Source: the human T2T-CHM13v2.0 reference genome, Homo sapiens. From it: a stretch of 64,000 nt of DNA. The stretch lies in the NCBI RefSeq assembly GCF_009914755.1, contig NC_060930.1. One strand, given 5' to 3'. Within the stretch, counting starts at the first letter, position 1, and each line of letters begins with the position of its first letter. A program made the position numbers and the translations under genes. The notes beneath the pieces were generated by a model that saw nothing but the letters and a program-made list of their open reading frames with translations, did not search any database and was not told where the DNA came from. Below, one piece after another: positions 11,626-25,606 of the stretch.

Positions 11626-14600
11626 TTGCCTTGCTCAGTGTGGTTTTGATATTTATGCTCAGTTTTTAGAAAAACTTAGAAATAACTCCCTTCTGAATTT
11701 AGCTAACTTGATTACACTCAAAATTTGTTTCATAAGATTAATCTTCCACAAACTTTCTACAACATGCACATATTGAACCAGCTTTGCATCCCAGGGATAA
11801 AGCCTACTTGATCATGGTGAATTTGCTTTCTGATGTGCTGCTGGATTTGGTTTGCTGATATTTTGTTGGGGAGTTTTGCATCTATGTTCATCAAGAATAT
11901 TGGTCTGAAGTTTTCTTTTTTTGTGGTGTCTCTGCCAGATTTTGTATCAGAATGATGCTGGCCTCATAAAATGAGTTAGGGGGGAGTCCCTCCTCTTCAG
12001 TTTTTTAGAATCAGTTAGTTAGCAATCCTTCTATCTTATTAATTAAAAAAAAAAACAATTTCTGGCATCATTGATCTTTTGTATGTTTTTTTCATGTCTA
12101 GATTTCAGCTCTGATTTCAGTTCTTGTCTTCTGCTGGCTTTAGAGTTGGTTTGCCCTTTCTTCTACAGTTCTACCAGTTGTGATATTAAGTTGTTAATTT
12201 GAGATATTTTTAATTTCTTGATGTGGATGTTTAGTGCTATAAACTTCCCTCTTGACAGTGTCTTAGCTGTGTCCCTGAGATACTGGTACATTGCAACATT
12301 GTTCTCATTAGTATCAAATAACTTCTTAATTTCTGCCTTATTTTTGTTATTTACCTAAAAGTCATTCAGGAGCAGGTTGTTTAATTTCCATGTAATGGAT
12401 TGGTTTGGGATGATTTTCTTAGTATCGATTTCTATTTTAATTGCATTGTGGTCCAAGAGTGGTTCGTATAATCTTAATTTAATTTTAATTTGTTGAGGAT
12501 TGTTTTATGTTTGATTGTGTAGTTGGTATAAGAGTGTGTGCCATGTGGCAATGAGAAGAATGTATATTCTCTTGGTTTTGGGTGGAGAGATTTGTAGATG
12601 TTTATTAGGTTTTTTTGCTCAAGTGTTGAATTCAGATTCTGAATATCTTTGTTAATTTTCTGCCTTGATGATCTGTCTAATACTGTCAGTGGGATGCTGA
12701 ATTATCCCACTATTATTATGTGTGAATTTAATTCTCTTTGTAGGTTTCTAAGAACTTGCTTAATTAATCTGAGTGATCCTGTGTTGGGTGCATATATATT
12801 TAGAATAGTAAAATCTTGTTTAATTAAAACCTTTACCATTATGTAATGCCTTTCTTTGCCTTCTTTGACCTTTGTTGGTTTAAAGTCTGTTTTGTCTGAA
12901 ATTAGGATAGCAACCCCTTCCTTTGTTTTAATTTCTCATTTGCTTGGTGGAGTTTTCTCCATCCCTTGATTTTTAGCCTACGGGTGTCACTGCATATCAG
13001 ATGAGTCTCTTGAAGACAGCATACTATTGAGTCATGCTTCTTTATCCAGCTTGCCATTCTTTGCTTTTTAGTTGGAGCATCTATCCCATTTATATTTAAT
13101 ATTAGTGTCAATATGTGCAGATTTTATCCTATCATCATGTTATTAGCTGGTTATTATGCAGACTTGTTTGTGTGATTGCATTATAGAGTCACTAGTCTGT
13201 GGGCTTAAGTGTGTTTTCTTAGTGGCTGGTGATGACCTTCTCTTTCCATATTAGTGCTCCTTTCAGGACCTCTTGTAAGGCATATCTAGTGTTAATAAAT
13301 TCCCTTACCATTTGCTGAAAGGATCTTATGTCTCCATTGCTGTGGAGCTTAGTTTGGCTGGATATAAAATTCTTCGTTGCAATTTTTTTCTTCAAGAATG
13401 CTGAATATGGGCTTCTAATTTCTTCTGTCTTGTAGGGTTTCTGTAGAAAGGACTGCTCTTAGCCTAATGGGTTTCACCTTGTAGGTGCCCTGCCCCTTCT
13501 CTGTAACTGCTTTTAACATTTCCTCTTTCATTGAGACTTTGGAGAATCTGATGATTATGTGTTGTGGGGATGGTCTTCTTTTGAAGTATCTTGCTGGTGT
13601 TCTCTGCATTTCCTGAACTTAAAATTTGGTCTCTCTAGCAAAGTTGGGGAGATTTTCATGGATAATATTCTGTAATATGTTTTCCATGATGCTTGTTTTC
13701 TCCCTGTCTCTTTCAGGGACACCAATGTGTCATAGATTGAGTCTCTCTACATGATCTCATATTTCTCAGAGGTTTTGTTCTTTCTTTTTCATGCTTTTTT
13801 CTTTTTTTTTCTGACTGAGTAATTTCAGAGTTGGTCTTCAAGCTGTGAGGTTTTTTTCCTCAGCTTGGTCTATTCTGCTATTGATACTTTCAATTGCATT
13901 ATTCAATTATTGTGGTGTGTTTTTTAGCTCTCTCTGAACAGTTTTTGTTTGTTTGTTTGTTTATTTTTTGTAATGGCTATTTCATCTATTATCTCCTGTA
14001 TCATTTTATTGTAATCCTTAGATTCCTTACACTAGGTGTCAACTTTCTCCTGAATCTCAATAATTTTCTTTCCTATTCATATTCTAAATTACATTTCTGT
14101 CATTTCAGCCATTACAGCCCAGTTAAGAACCCCTTCTGGGAGACTAGTGCAGTTGCATTGAGAAAAGAAAACACTCTAGCCTTTTGAGTTGGCAGAGTTT
14201 TTGCTGTTTTTTTCTCATCTGTGTGACCTGGTGTTCCTTGAACTGTGATGCAATTTGAATATAGTTAATAGATTTCTTTTCAATATGTTTTCTGAGGGCA
14301 AAGGCTTTGTGCAGCATCTTTATTTATAGCTGAATTCTTCCCCATGGTTTCACAAGGGGGTATTTGGCAGAGTATTTTTGGTGTTGGCTTTTTGGTCTTT
14401 GATCGAGTAGGTGATGTTTAAGTGAAATGACCAGTTGGTAGGCTCTTGCTCAGGCACACGGCCCCTCTGTATTTCCTCATGATTGCAACCCTGCTCCCTC
14501 TCACTTCTCTGAAAGTATGAGCTCCTATCCCTCTTGAGTGCTCGCTGCAGATGTTGGCTTGGCACTCCCAGGCTGGATATCACAGCTCTGGGGTGAGCTC

Positions 14601-15275
14601 AGGCTTTATGTCCCCTCCCCAGCTTGGAGGCAGCAGGGGAAAGAACCTTAGCAGTTGTTGTTGCAGAGGGCCTTTCACTTTCCTCTTGGGGCTCCACTCC
14701 AGAGAAATGCAGAGCAACCGTCAATTAGTGCAATTGGCCTGGCATGCAGCATCTGCAATGTGAGTCTAAGGGCAGGGGGGTTGGGTTGCCTGTTAATGAG
14801 CATGGGGTGGGGAGGGTATTTCAAAGAAGAGACAGACTAGCCTCTTTTCTTTAGAGCATTTGCAGCTTCCTGGAGTTGTAGTTTAAAGCACTCAAGATCT
14901 TTGCTCCTTCCCCAGTCTTATGGCAGCAAGGACAGCCCCACTACAGTGGCAGTGGGAGAGGGGCTTTTGGTTGCCTCTGGGAGCTCCTCCTCAGGGAAAC
15001 TAGAAATGTTCAACTAGCAGATGGGGCAACTTCACTGCTGGCCTGAGCTGGCAGCCCTGCTTGTTGAGGAGTGAGGAATCAAGAGCTTACAGGGAGAAGA
15101 GACTAAATTCCTCTCCAGATAGTGACTGTGGCATGCTGGAAACATAGGTGAAGTCTTCAGGTACTTTGTTTCTTCCCTACACTGAGGGCAGCAGGGGCAG
15201 AACCATTGCTGTGGCAGTGGCAGAGGGGCTGTCAGTTGCCTCTGGGAGCCCTTCTCCAGGGAATCTCAGAGCCAC

Positions 15276-16699
15276 TGATACAGGAGCTAAAAGGAAATGA
15301 TTTAGGCAGTTAAGGTAAGAGAGTCCTCTGTAAGGTTTCCCTTTTAACAAAAATCAGCACCCAAATTATTATTTTTTTAATTTTTTTTATCATACTTTAA
15401 GTTCTAGGGTACATGTGCACAATGTGCAGGATTGTTACATATGTATACATGTGCCATGTTGGTGTGCTGCACCCATTAACTCATCATTTACATTAGATAT
15501 TTCTCCTAGTGCTATCCCTCCCCATCCCCCACCCCACAACAGGCCCCAGTGTGTGATGTTCCCCACCCTGTGTCCAAGTGTTCTCATTGTTCAATTCCCA
15601 ACTATGAGTAAGAACATGAGGTGTCTGGTTTTCTGTCCTTGTGATAGTTTGCTCAGAATGATGATTTCCAGCTTCACCCGTGTCCCTACAAAGGACATGA
15701 ACTCATCCTTTTTTATGGCTACACAGTATTTCATGGTATATATGTGCCACATTTTCTTACTCCAGTCTATCATTGTTGGACATTTGGGTTGGTTCCAAGT
15801 CTTTGCTATTGTGAATAGTGCTGCATGTGTCTTTATAGTAGCATGGTTTATAATCCTTTGGGTATATACCCAGCTATGGGATTGCTGGGTCAAATGGTAT
15901 TTCTAGTTCTAGATCCTTGAGGAATTGCCACACTGTCTTCCACAATGGTTGAACTAGTTTACAGTCCCACCAACAGTGTAAAAGTGTTCCGATTTCTCCA
16001 CATCCTCTCCAGCACCTGTTGTTTCCTGACTTTTTAATGATCGCCATTCTAACTGGTGTAAGATGGTATTTCATTGTGGTTTTGATTTGCATTTCTCTGA
16101 TGGCCAGCGATGATGAACATTTTTTCATGTGTCTGTTATTTCTTTTCTAACAAAGAGCAGCCTGGAAAATTAAACTGCAGACATAGAAAAAAAGCTCTAG
16201 CTTGCACGGGTGAATGCTGGCAGCTATACCAATAGGAAAAGGCTAATTCTGTGCCAGGCATGTTCAACGTGGAGGCTCCATTTTCCCTTTTCTTTGTCAA
16301 CCATGTGTACAGTAAAGGAACAGGCAACATGGCTCTGGCCAGGTAAAGAACCATCTGCATAATGAAAGATTAGGGTGGGGAGGCCAACTTCTTCACGAGC
16401 TATGTAAATGGGTAACCTGGTCCAACCAATCCTTTGGGCTCTATGTAAATCAGACATTGCCTCCTCTAGCTCCTCTACAAACCCTTTGCATTTCATGACA
16501 GAACTGGAAGACCCACTCAGGAGCCCCTCTCTCTGCAGGAGACAGCAGCATTCTATTTCTTTTGCCTATTAAGCCTCTGCTCTTAAACTCACTCCTTGTG
16601 TGTGTGTGCATCCTCAATTTCCTTGACATGAGGCAAGGAAACTTAGGTATTACTCCAGATGAACAATACCACTCCACACAGATGAACAACACCACTTCA
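15276..16699 (+). mobile_element. MER61-like solo LTR inside the L1 5'UTR, itself split by an L1PA 3' end
   Basis: Begins TGATACAGGAGCTAAAAGGAAATGATTTAGGCAG, ends ...ccacttca; flanks CCAC/CAAC. Confidence 0.75.
15372..16137 (-). mobile_element. 5'-truncated L1PA (L1PA4-6-like) 3' end
   Basis: tactttaagttctagggtacatgtgcacaa 3'UTR; ORF2 C-terminal peptide [18 protein letters not shown]...[14 protein letters not shown]. Confidence 0.95.
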
Positions 16700-18050
16700 C
16701 AACTACCAGTGGGTGTGCTCAGCCATGGGTTGGGTGGCTGTTCTACATTCCTGTGCTAAGAATACTGCCTGGTGAAGAGTAGGCGGTGGGGGTTCCCAGG
16801 GTAGAGGGACTAAATTTATTTCCATATAGTGGCTGCTGGGTGCGTGAGGTGCCAGCCTAGAACTATTAAATAGGCCCTTTGTTCCTTCCCCAGCCTGAGG
16901 GCAGTTAGGGTGGTACAACTGCAGCTGCAGTGGTGGAGGCATTGTGGGTTGTCTCTGTAATTTCCTCCTCAGAGCACTGCAGAGCTGCCTCCCACTAAAG
17001 TGTTCAGGTGGAGGCAGTTTAGTTGTGCTCTAGTCCCAGGTCAGGAGGCTCCACCTAGTAAAGAGAATTGGGATTAGAGACCCATGTAGAAAAGGTCTGA
17101 CCATTTTTTCCATGAGGCAGCTGCATTGTGCTGGGGATCTACACAAGTCCTTAGACACTGGGCACCCTGTGAAGCCTGAAGGCAAAAGCAACAGGAGTGA
17201 GGGCTGCAAGACAGCAAAAATGATGGTTTGCCTCTCCCTGTGGGAGCTCCATCCCAGGGAAGTTCAGAGCTACTATCAGCCTGAGAGCCCCAGCGGGGTG
17301 TGGCTGGAGTACTGGCTCAGTGGGCCTTATCCTGGGAGGTACAGTAGAGGTGAGTCCTGAAGTCCATCACTGCTCAACCACCCGAATTTAGCCCCTTTCG
17401 TGGGGGCATACAAGGGAGACTGACCTCCCCTGTTTCCAGAGCTGCAGCTTCTAATGCCAGGATGGCCAGGGATCCAAGGTTCCTGGGACTCTGCTTATGC
17501 TTGAGTGGCAACTCTGCCCAGACTCCACATAGCTCTGCATGGCAGTCTGAAGGCCTCATCAGGGTGGCCTCATGAGGTGATCTTCTCAGCCTCAAGTTGC
17601 AAAGGTCCATGGAAGTATGGGTCCCTGGGTATTCTCACTCACTCAACATTTACCTACAGTAGGGAAGCCGCCTCTGGTTCCATGTCACTCACAAGTGGGT
17701 GGTCGTCCTGTCTCGCTCCACCACATTTTCTGTGGGCCAATTTGTTTCCTTGATGAATCCCAGTGTGTCCACCTTGATATTTCAGATGAAGATCCACAGT
17801 TTACTCACTACTTTTTCTTCTCTCTGTGAGACTGGTGCCCACTAGCTGCTTTTAGTCAGCCTCCTTGACTCTCCCTCTTTCTGTTATCCTATTTTAATCA
17901 TGTGTTTTAAAACTTAGTTACTATATTATCAAGTGTTTTACATCTTTAATATTTGACAGACTTTCCTAAATTATATTTCCAATTATAAAAGTAAATACTT
18001 TAATCTAAACTAACTCATACATAACAAATAGGAACCCCTAGGAGTCCACG

Positions 18051-18627
18051 TGTTACTGGTGGAGGGTCCTGACTATGAGTATAGGTTCTCAGCATTTTGA
18101 ACAAATAATTGGACAAAACCTATAACAAAGCAATGAAAGAATGAAGCAATGAGAGCACAGATTTATTGAAACAAAAGTAGACTCCACAGAGCAGGAGTGG
18201 GCTTGAGTAGATGGATCAAGATCCCTGGTTACAGAATTTTCTGGGGTTTAAATACCCTCTAGAAGTTTCCCATCAGTTACTTGGTTTACACATTATGTAT
18301 ATGAAGGAGTGGCTCGTGACCAGTCTGACTGGTCATGGAAGGTGACCAATCGGAAGCCGAAATGAGGTTATAAAGTTACACCCCTATGCAAATGAAGACT
18401 TGGTCCATGACCAGTCTGATTGGTTGTGGGAGGGGACCAATCAGAGGTACTTTCCATTTCTCAACTGCGATGCAGAAAGCAGGGATGGAGGGGTTGAAAA
18501 GGGAGTAGTCTGTGTTGTTTTGTTACTCTGTCATGGAAAATTGGGGTTTTCCTTTTGATTTAGTTCTAGGAAGACAGTGTGAATTGGTTTAAGGTTCCCT
18601 GCCTCCAGATCCTATTCTCCTGCATAA
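18051..18627 (-). mobile_element. MER51 solo LTR
   Basis: Minus strand starts ...gcaggagaataggatctggaggcagggaacc and ends accctccaccagtaaca; repeated CCAAT-containing units. Confidence 0.82.
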
Positions 18628-19249
18628 CTAGAGAGACAATAGGCTTATTCAGTGTGTAAAAATCATGTGGGAAACATTGTCAGGTAAGAATAGTGTTTAA
18701 CTTCTTTCACATTATATTTGTATAAGAATGTTATTAATATGACTTCCAAAATTGTATGAGAGCCCTAAAATTATGTTATGCTCTGGTATATATCATCAGT
18801 CATAATTATGATAATTATGTTAAACTGTTGTATACCACACACACACAAAATTTTCTTGCCAATTGCTTCTTTAACCATGGTTATTCTAAGCATTTTTGTC
18901 ATCCACAGATAATTATTATTTTACTTTGGATCTTCTCAGAAAGCAATTTATAATCAGCTGCTGTCCCAAATTTGCTACTTCTTAAAAAATATTCATAGAA
19001 AAGACCCTGACAATTCCTCTTGAATACAGGTTACTAACAGCTTTGGAGATAATACCATTGGACTAGACAAAAATTTCAAGAATCTTTTTAAAAACTGATA
19101 TTTTTGTAAACATTACTAAGCCAACATCAAGCAGATCAAGATTTAATTACATGGGACTAAAAGATTGGAGGAATAAAATAATTTTGTATGACTTTTTGTT
19201 TGAAACATTGCTGATTCTTTTTGTTTCCCAGACTAAAAGTAACATTTCT

Positions 19250-21941
19250 CCTAAGTGTTTTATTTTTTTTTGCAACTATTGTGAAAAGGGTTGAGTTCTT
19301 GATTTGATTCTCTGCTTGGTTGCTGTTGGTGTATAGAAGAGCTACTGATTTGTGTACATTAATCTTGTATCCGGAAACTTAGCTGAATTCTTTTATCAGT
19401 TCTAGGAGCTTTCTGGAGGAGTCCTTAGGGGTTTCTAGGTATACAATCATATTGTCAGCAAACAGTGACAGTTTGACTTCCTCTTTACTGATTTGGATGC
19501 TCTCTATCTCTTTCTTTTGTCTGATTTCTCGGGCTAGGACTTCCAGTACTAAGTTGAAGAGGAGTGGTGAGAGTGGGTATCATTGTCTTGTTCCCATTCT
19601 CACAGGGAATGCTTTCAATTTTTCCCCATTCAGTATTATGTTGGCTGTGGGTTTGTCATAGATGGCTTTTATTATGTTAAAGTATGTCCCTTGTATGCCA
19701 ATTTTGCTGAGAGTTTTAATGATGAAAGGATGCTGGATTTTGTCAAATGCTTTTTTTCTGCATCTGTTGAGATAATCATGTGATTTTTGTTTTTAATTCT
19801 GTTTATGTGGTGTGTCACATTTATTGACTTGCGTATGTGAAACCATCCCTGGTATAAAACCCACTTGATCATGGCAGATGATCTTGTTGATATATTGTCG
19901 TATTCATTTAGTTAGTATTTTGTTAAGAATTTTAGCATCTATGTTCATCAAGGATATTGGTCTGTAGTTTTCTTTGTTGGTTGTGTCCTTTCCTTGTTTT
20001 GGTTTTAGGGTGATGCTTGCTTCATGGAATGAATTAGAGAGGGTTCCTTCTTTCTCTATCTTTGGAATATTGTCAAAGGATTGGTACCAATTCTTCTTTG
20101 AATGTCTGGTAGAATTCTGCTGTGAATCTGTCTGGTCCTGGACTTTTTTTTTGTTGGCAATTTTTAAATTCCCATTTCAATCTCACTGCTTGTTATTGGT
20201 CTGTTCAGGGCATGTAATTCTTCCTGATTTAAGCTAGGAGGGTTGTATTTTTCCAGGAATTTATCCATCTATTCTAGGTTTTCTAGTTTATGTGCATAAA
20301 GGTGTTTGTAGTAGCCTTGAATGATCTTTTGTATTTCTGTGGTGCCAGTTGTAATATCTCCTGTTTCGTGTCTTAGTAAGGTTATTTGGATATTCTCTCT
20401 TCTTTTCTTGGTTAATCTTGCTAATGGTCTATCAATTTTATTTATCTTTTCAAAGAACCAGTTTTTTTTGTTTCATTTATCTTTTGTTATTCGGTTTGTT
20501 TGTTTCAATATCATTTAGTTTTGCTCTGATCTTGGTTATTTCCTTTCTTCTACTGGGTTTGGGTTTGGTTTGTTCTTGTTTCTTAAGAATATATCTAACA
20601 AAGGAGGTAAAAGACCTCTACAATGAAAAATGCAAAACTGCTGAAAGAAATGATAGATGACACAAACAAATGGAAACACATCCCATGCTCGTGGATGGGT
20701 ACAATCAATATTGTTAAAATGACCATACTGCCAAAAGCAACCTACAAATTCAATGCAATCGACATCGAAATACCATAATCATTCTTCCCAAAGTTAGAAA
20801 AAACAATTCTAAAATTCATATGGAACCAAAACAGAGCCCGTATAGCCAAAGCAAGACTAAGCAACAAGAACAAATCTGGAGACATTACACTACGTGATTT
20901 CAAACTCTACTATAATGTCATAGTCACCAAAACAATGTGGTACTGGTATAAAATAGGCACATAGACCAATGGAACAGAATAGAGAACACAAAAATAAACC
21001 CAAATACTTACAACCAACTGATCTTCAACTAAACAAAATCATAAAGTGGGGAAAGGATACTCTTTTCAACAAATGGTGATAGGATAATTGGCTAGCTGCA
21101 TGTAGGAGAATGAAACCGGATCCTCATCTCTCACCTTATACAAAAATCAACTCAAGATGGATTAAGGACTTGAACCTGATACCTGAAACTATAAAAATTC
21201 TAGAAGATAAATCAGAAAAACCCTTCTAGACATTGACTTAGGCAAGAATTTCATGACCAAACCCAAAACAAATGTAATAAAAACAAAAATAAATGGCTGA
21301 GACCTAATTAAAGTAATGAGCTTTTGCATGGCAAAAGGAACAGTCAGCAGAGTAAACAGACAACCCACAGAGTGGGAGAAAATCTTCACAATCTATACAT
21401 CTGAACCAGAGTACAACAAATTCAGACAAATCAGTTAGAAAAAACAAACAATCCCATCAAAAAGTGGGCTAAGAACATGAATAGACAATTCTTAAAAGAT
21501 ATACAAATGACTAATAAACATATGAAAAAATGTTCAACATCATTAATGATCAGGGAAATACAAATCAAAACCACAATGCAATACCGCCTTATTCCTACAA
21601 GAATGGCCATAATCAAAAATGCAAAAAATAGTAGATGTTATCATGGAAGCGCTGAACATGGAACATGTCTACACTGCTGGTGGGAAAGTAAACTGGGACA
21701 GTCACTATGGAAAACAGTGTGGAGATTCCTTAAAATACTAAAACTAGAACTGCCATTTGATCCAGCAATCTCACTACTGGGTATCTGCCCAGAGGAAAAG
21801 AAGTCATAATTTGAAAAAGGTACTTGCACATGCATGTTTATAGCAGCGCAATTTACAATTGCAAAATAGTGGAACCAACCCAAATGTTTATCAATCAATA
21901 GCGGATAAAGAAATTGTGAGATGTGTGTGTATGTATATATG

Positions 21942-21990
<49 letters not shown>

Positions 21991-22350
21991 GAATACTACA
22001 CAGCCATAAAAAAGGATGAATTAACAGCATTTGCAGTGACCTGGATGAGACTGGAGACTATTATTCTAAGTGAAGTAACTCAGGAATGGAAAACCAAACA
22101 TCGTATGTTCACACTGATATGTGGGAGCTAAGCTATTCCTATGCTAAGGCGTACAAATGATACAATGGACTTTGGGGACTTGCAGGGGAGAGGGGGAGGG
22201 AAGCAAGGGTTAAAAGACTACAAATATGGTTCAGTGCATACTGCTGAGGTGATGGGTGCACCAAAATCTCACAAATCACCACTTAAGAACTGACTCATGT
22301 AACCAAATATCACCTGTATCCCAATAACTTATGGAAAAATAAAAAAAAAA
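19250..22350 (+). mobile_element. L1PB1-like element with 5' inversion (19250-20582 minus, 20583-22350 plus)
   Basis: RT-region peptide on minus ([19 protein letters not shown]); ORF2 C-terminus, L1PB 3'UTR and poly-A on plus; the two parts are contiguous in L1 coordinates; flanks aacattt/aacattt. Confidence 0.9.
21921..21989. repeat. (TG)n(TA)n(CA)n microsatellite
   Basis: Seen directly. Confidence 0.95.
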
Positions 22351-22479
22351 CATTTTTCTTTATGAGCTATTTACAGCTCATAGTACGTGGGTAATGTCTA
22401 CTTTTGTGAACAAAATATAAACATTTGCCTTTCTCTCTACCTGTTTTGTTAAGAACTTCAAAATTATTTGTAAGTATTT

Positions 22480-22777
22480 TGTTTTAATTGGGGTCTTTCT
22501 TTGTTACCTAGGCTAAGGTGCTGTGGTGCAATCATGGCTCATAGCAGCATCAAACTCCTAGGCTCAAATGATCTTCTCACATCTGTCTCCTGAGTAGTTG
22601 AGACTACAGTTGCATGCCACCATGCCTGGCTAATTTTTTTTATTATTATTTTTTATTTTTTAGAGACAGTGTCTCACTATGTTACCTAGGCTGATCTAAA
22701 ACTCCTGGACTTGAGCAATCCTCCTGCCTCAACCTCCTGAGTTGCAGAGATTACAGGCATGTGCCACTGCACCTACC
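22480..22777 (-). mobile_element. AluJ
   Basis: Antisense Alu dimer (ctcctaggctcaaatgatc, ttgagcaatcctcctgcctc). Confidence 0.88.
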
Positions 22778-22779
22778 TC

Positions 22780-23083
22780 TTTTAAAATTTATTTTTAGAG
22801 GCAGGGTCTTACTCTGTTCCTCAGGCTGGAATACAGTGGCAGGATCATAATTCACTGCATCCTTGAGTTCCTGGGCTTGAGTGATCCTCCTGCCTCAGCA
22901 TCCCAAGGAGCTAGGACTATAGGCACAGGCCACCATGCCCAAACAGATATATTTTTAATTTTTTGTAGAGATATGGTCTCACTGTGTTTCCTAGGCTGGT
23001 GTCAAACTCCTAGCCTCAAGTAATCCTCCCACCACAGCCTCTCAATGAGTTAGGATTACATACATGAGCCACTGCACCTGGCT
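22780..23083 (-). mobile_element. AluJ
   Basis: Second antisense Alu in tandem, ending gagccactgcacctggct. Confidence 0.88.
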
Positions 23084-23162
23084 CAGTATTCTTAATTCAT
23101 GGCAACATGTTTATTTGCATAAGCTCAATAATCTGTTTTCTTTTGTAATAGAACACATTTGG

Positions 23163-25491
23163 TATATTAGTTTTCACACTACTAATAAAGACATATCTGA
23201 GACTGAGTAATTTATAAAGAAAAAGAGGATTAACGGACTCACAGTTATGGCTGGGAGGCCTCACAATCATGGCAGAAGGCAAAGGAGGAGCAAAGGCACA
23301 TCTTACATGGTGGCAGGCAACACATTATATGCAAGGGAACTTTTCTTTTATGAAATAATTAGATCTCATGAGACTTATTCACTATTACTAGAACAGCACG
23401 GGGAAAAACCCACCCCTTTGATTCAGTTACCTCCCATTGGTTCCCTCCCATAACATGTGGGAATTATGGGAGGTTCAATTCAATGTGAGATTTGGGTGGG
23501 GACACAGACAAACCATGTAATTCTGCCCTTGGGCCCTCCCAAATCTCATGTCCTCACATTTCAAAACCAATCATGTCTTCCCAATAGTCCGCCTAGTCTT
23601 AACTCATTTCAGCAATAATTCAAAAGTCCCCAGTCCAAAGTCTCATCTGAGACAAGACAAGTCCCTTCCACCTAGGAGCCTGCAAAGTCAAAAGCAAGTT
23701 AGTTATTTCCTGGGTATAATGGGGGTACAGGCTTTGGATAAATACACCTGTTCCAAATGGGAGAAATTGGCCAAAATGAAAGGGCTACAGGCCCCATGCA
23801 AGTACAAAATCCAGCAGGCAGTCAAATCTTAAAGCTCCAAAATAATCTCCTTCAACTCCATGTCTCACATTCAGGTCACACTGATGCAAGAGGTGGGTTT
23901 CCATGGTCTTGGCCAGCTCTTCTCCTGTGGCTTTGCAGGGTAGAGCCCCCTTCCTGGTTGTTTCATGGGTTAGTGTTGTGTGTCTTGGCTTTTGGAGGCA
24001 CATGATGTAAACTGTCAGTGGATCTACCATTCTGGGGTGTGGAGGACTGTTGCCCTGTTCTTAGAGCTCCACTAGGATGGGCCACAGTGGGGACTCTGTG
24101 TGTGGGCTCCCACCCCACATTTCCCTCTGCACTGCCCTAGCAGAGTTTCTCCATGAGGGCTCTATCCCTGTTGCACACCTCTGCCTGGACATCCAAGCAT
24201 TTCCATAGATCCACCAAAATCTAGGAGGTGGTTCCCAAATCTCAATTCTTGACTTCTGTGCACCTGCAGGCCCAACACCACATGTAAGCCACCAAGGCTT
24301 GGGGTTTGCATCCTCTGAAGCAATGGCCTGAGCTGTATGTTAGCCCCTTTTAGCCAAAGCTGGGATGCAGGGCACCAAGTTTTGAAACTGCACAAAGCAG
24401 CAAGGCCCCGGGTCTGGCCTACAAAAATTATTTTTTTCCTCCTAGGCCTCCAGGCCTGTGATGGGAGGGGTAGCTGCAAAAGTCTCTGACATGCCCTTAA
24501 GACATTTTCCCTATAGTCTTGGAAATTCACATTTGGCTCATTGTTACTTATACAAATTTCTGCAGCTGGATTGAATTTCTCCCCAGAAAATGTGTCTTTC
24601 TTTTCTAGTGCATTGTCAGGCTGTGAATTTTCTGAACTTTAAGCTCTGCTTCCCTTTCAAACGTAAGTTCCAATTCCAAACGATATATTTGTCAATACAT
24701 AAAACTGAAAGCTTTAATAGCACCCAAATAATCTCTTGAATGCTTTGCTGCTTAAAAATGTCTTCCTCCAGATACCCTAAATCATCTCTCTAAAGTTCAA
24801 AGTTCCACAGATCTCTAGGGAACAGGCAAAATGTCACCAGTCTCTTCGCTAAAGCATAACAAGAGTCACCTTTGCTTTAGTTCCCAAAAAGTTTCTCATC
24901 TCCATCTGAGACCACCTCACCTTGGACTTTACTGTCAATATCACTATCAGCATTTTGGTCGAAGCCATTCAACAAGCCTCTAGGAAGTTTTAAACTTTCC
25001 CACACCTTTCTGTCTTCTTCTGAGCCCTCCAAACTGTTCCAACCTCTACCTGTTAGCCAGTTCCAAAGTCACTTCTGCATCTTCAGTTATCCTTACAGCA
25101 GTGCCCCACTACCTGGCACCAATTTACTGTATTAGTTTGTTCTCATGCTGCTAATAAAGACATACCCAAGACTGGGTAATTTATAAAGTAAAAGAGGTTT
25201 AATGGGCTCAGCTCCACATGACTGGGAAGGCCTCATAATCATGGTGGAAGGAAAAGGAGGAGCAAAGGCATATCTTACATGGTGGCAAGTAAGAATATAT
25301 ATGCAGGGGAACTCCCCTTTTATGAAACCATCAGATCTCAAAAGACTTCATCACTCTTACAAGAATAGCATAGGAATGACCTGCCACCATGATTCAATTA
25401 CCTCCCAAGGGGTCTCTCCCATGATACATGGGAATTATGGGAGCTACAACTCAAGATGAGATTTGGGTGAGGTCAGAGCCAAACCATATCA
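23163..25491 (-). mobile_element. Full-length THE1 (THE1D-like) MaLR element, LTR-int-LTR
   Basis: LTRs at 23163-23520 and 25128-25491 (minus start TGATATGGTTTGGCT); ~1.6-kb THE1-int between them. Confidence 0.92.
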
Positions 25492-25606
25492 ATTGAATGC
25501 ACTGCTTATTTTACCAAGATTTTGACTGAAAAGACATATTTTCAGATTTGATCAGACTGCTTTGAGGAATTGAAGTTTCTTTATGGAGATGATAAAAAGC
25601 CCCTTC

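Larger units (their letters stand above)
11765..17878 (-). mobile_element. L1P element (L1PA13-17/L1P4-like): 5'UTR, ORF1 and N-terminal ORF2; 3' part missing
   Basis: Endonuclease-domain peptide at 12902-13111 (TLILNINGI...CCLQETHL); ORF1 peptide at 13415-13609 (SPQHIIIRFSKV); 5' end (minus) ...caaggaggctgactaaaagcagct. Confidence 0.9.

Noticed and set aside
15415-15906. 163-aa ORF
   Set aside because: Antisense reading of an L1PA 3' end.
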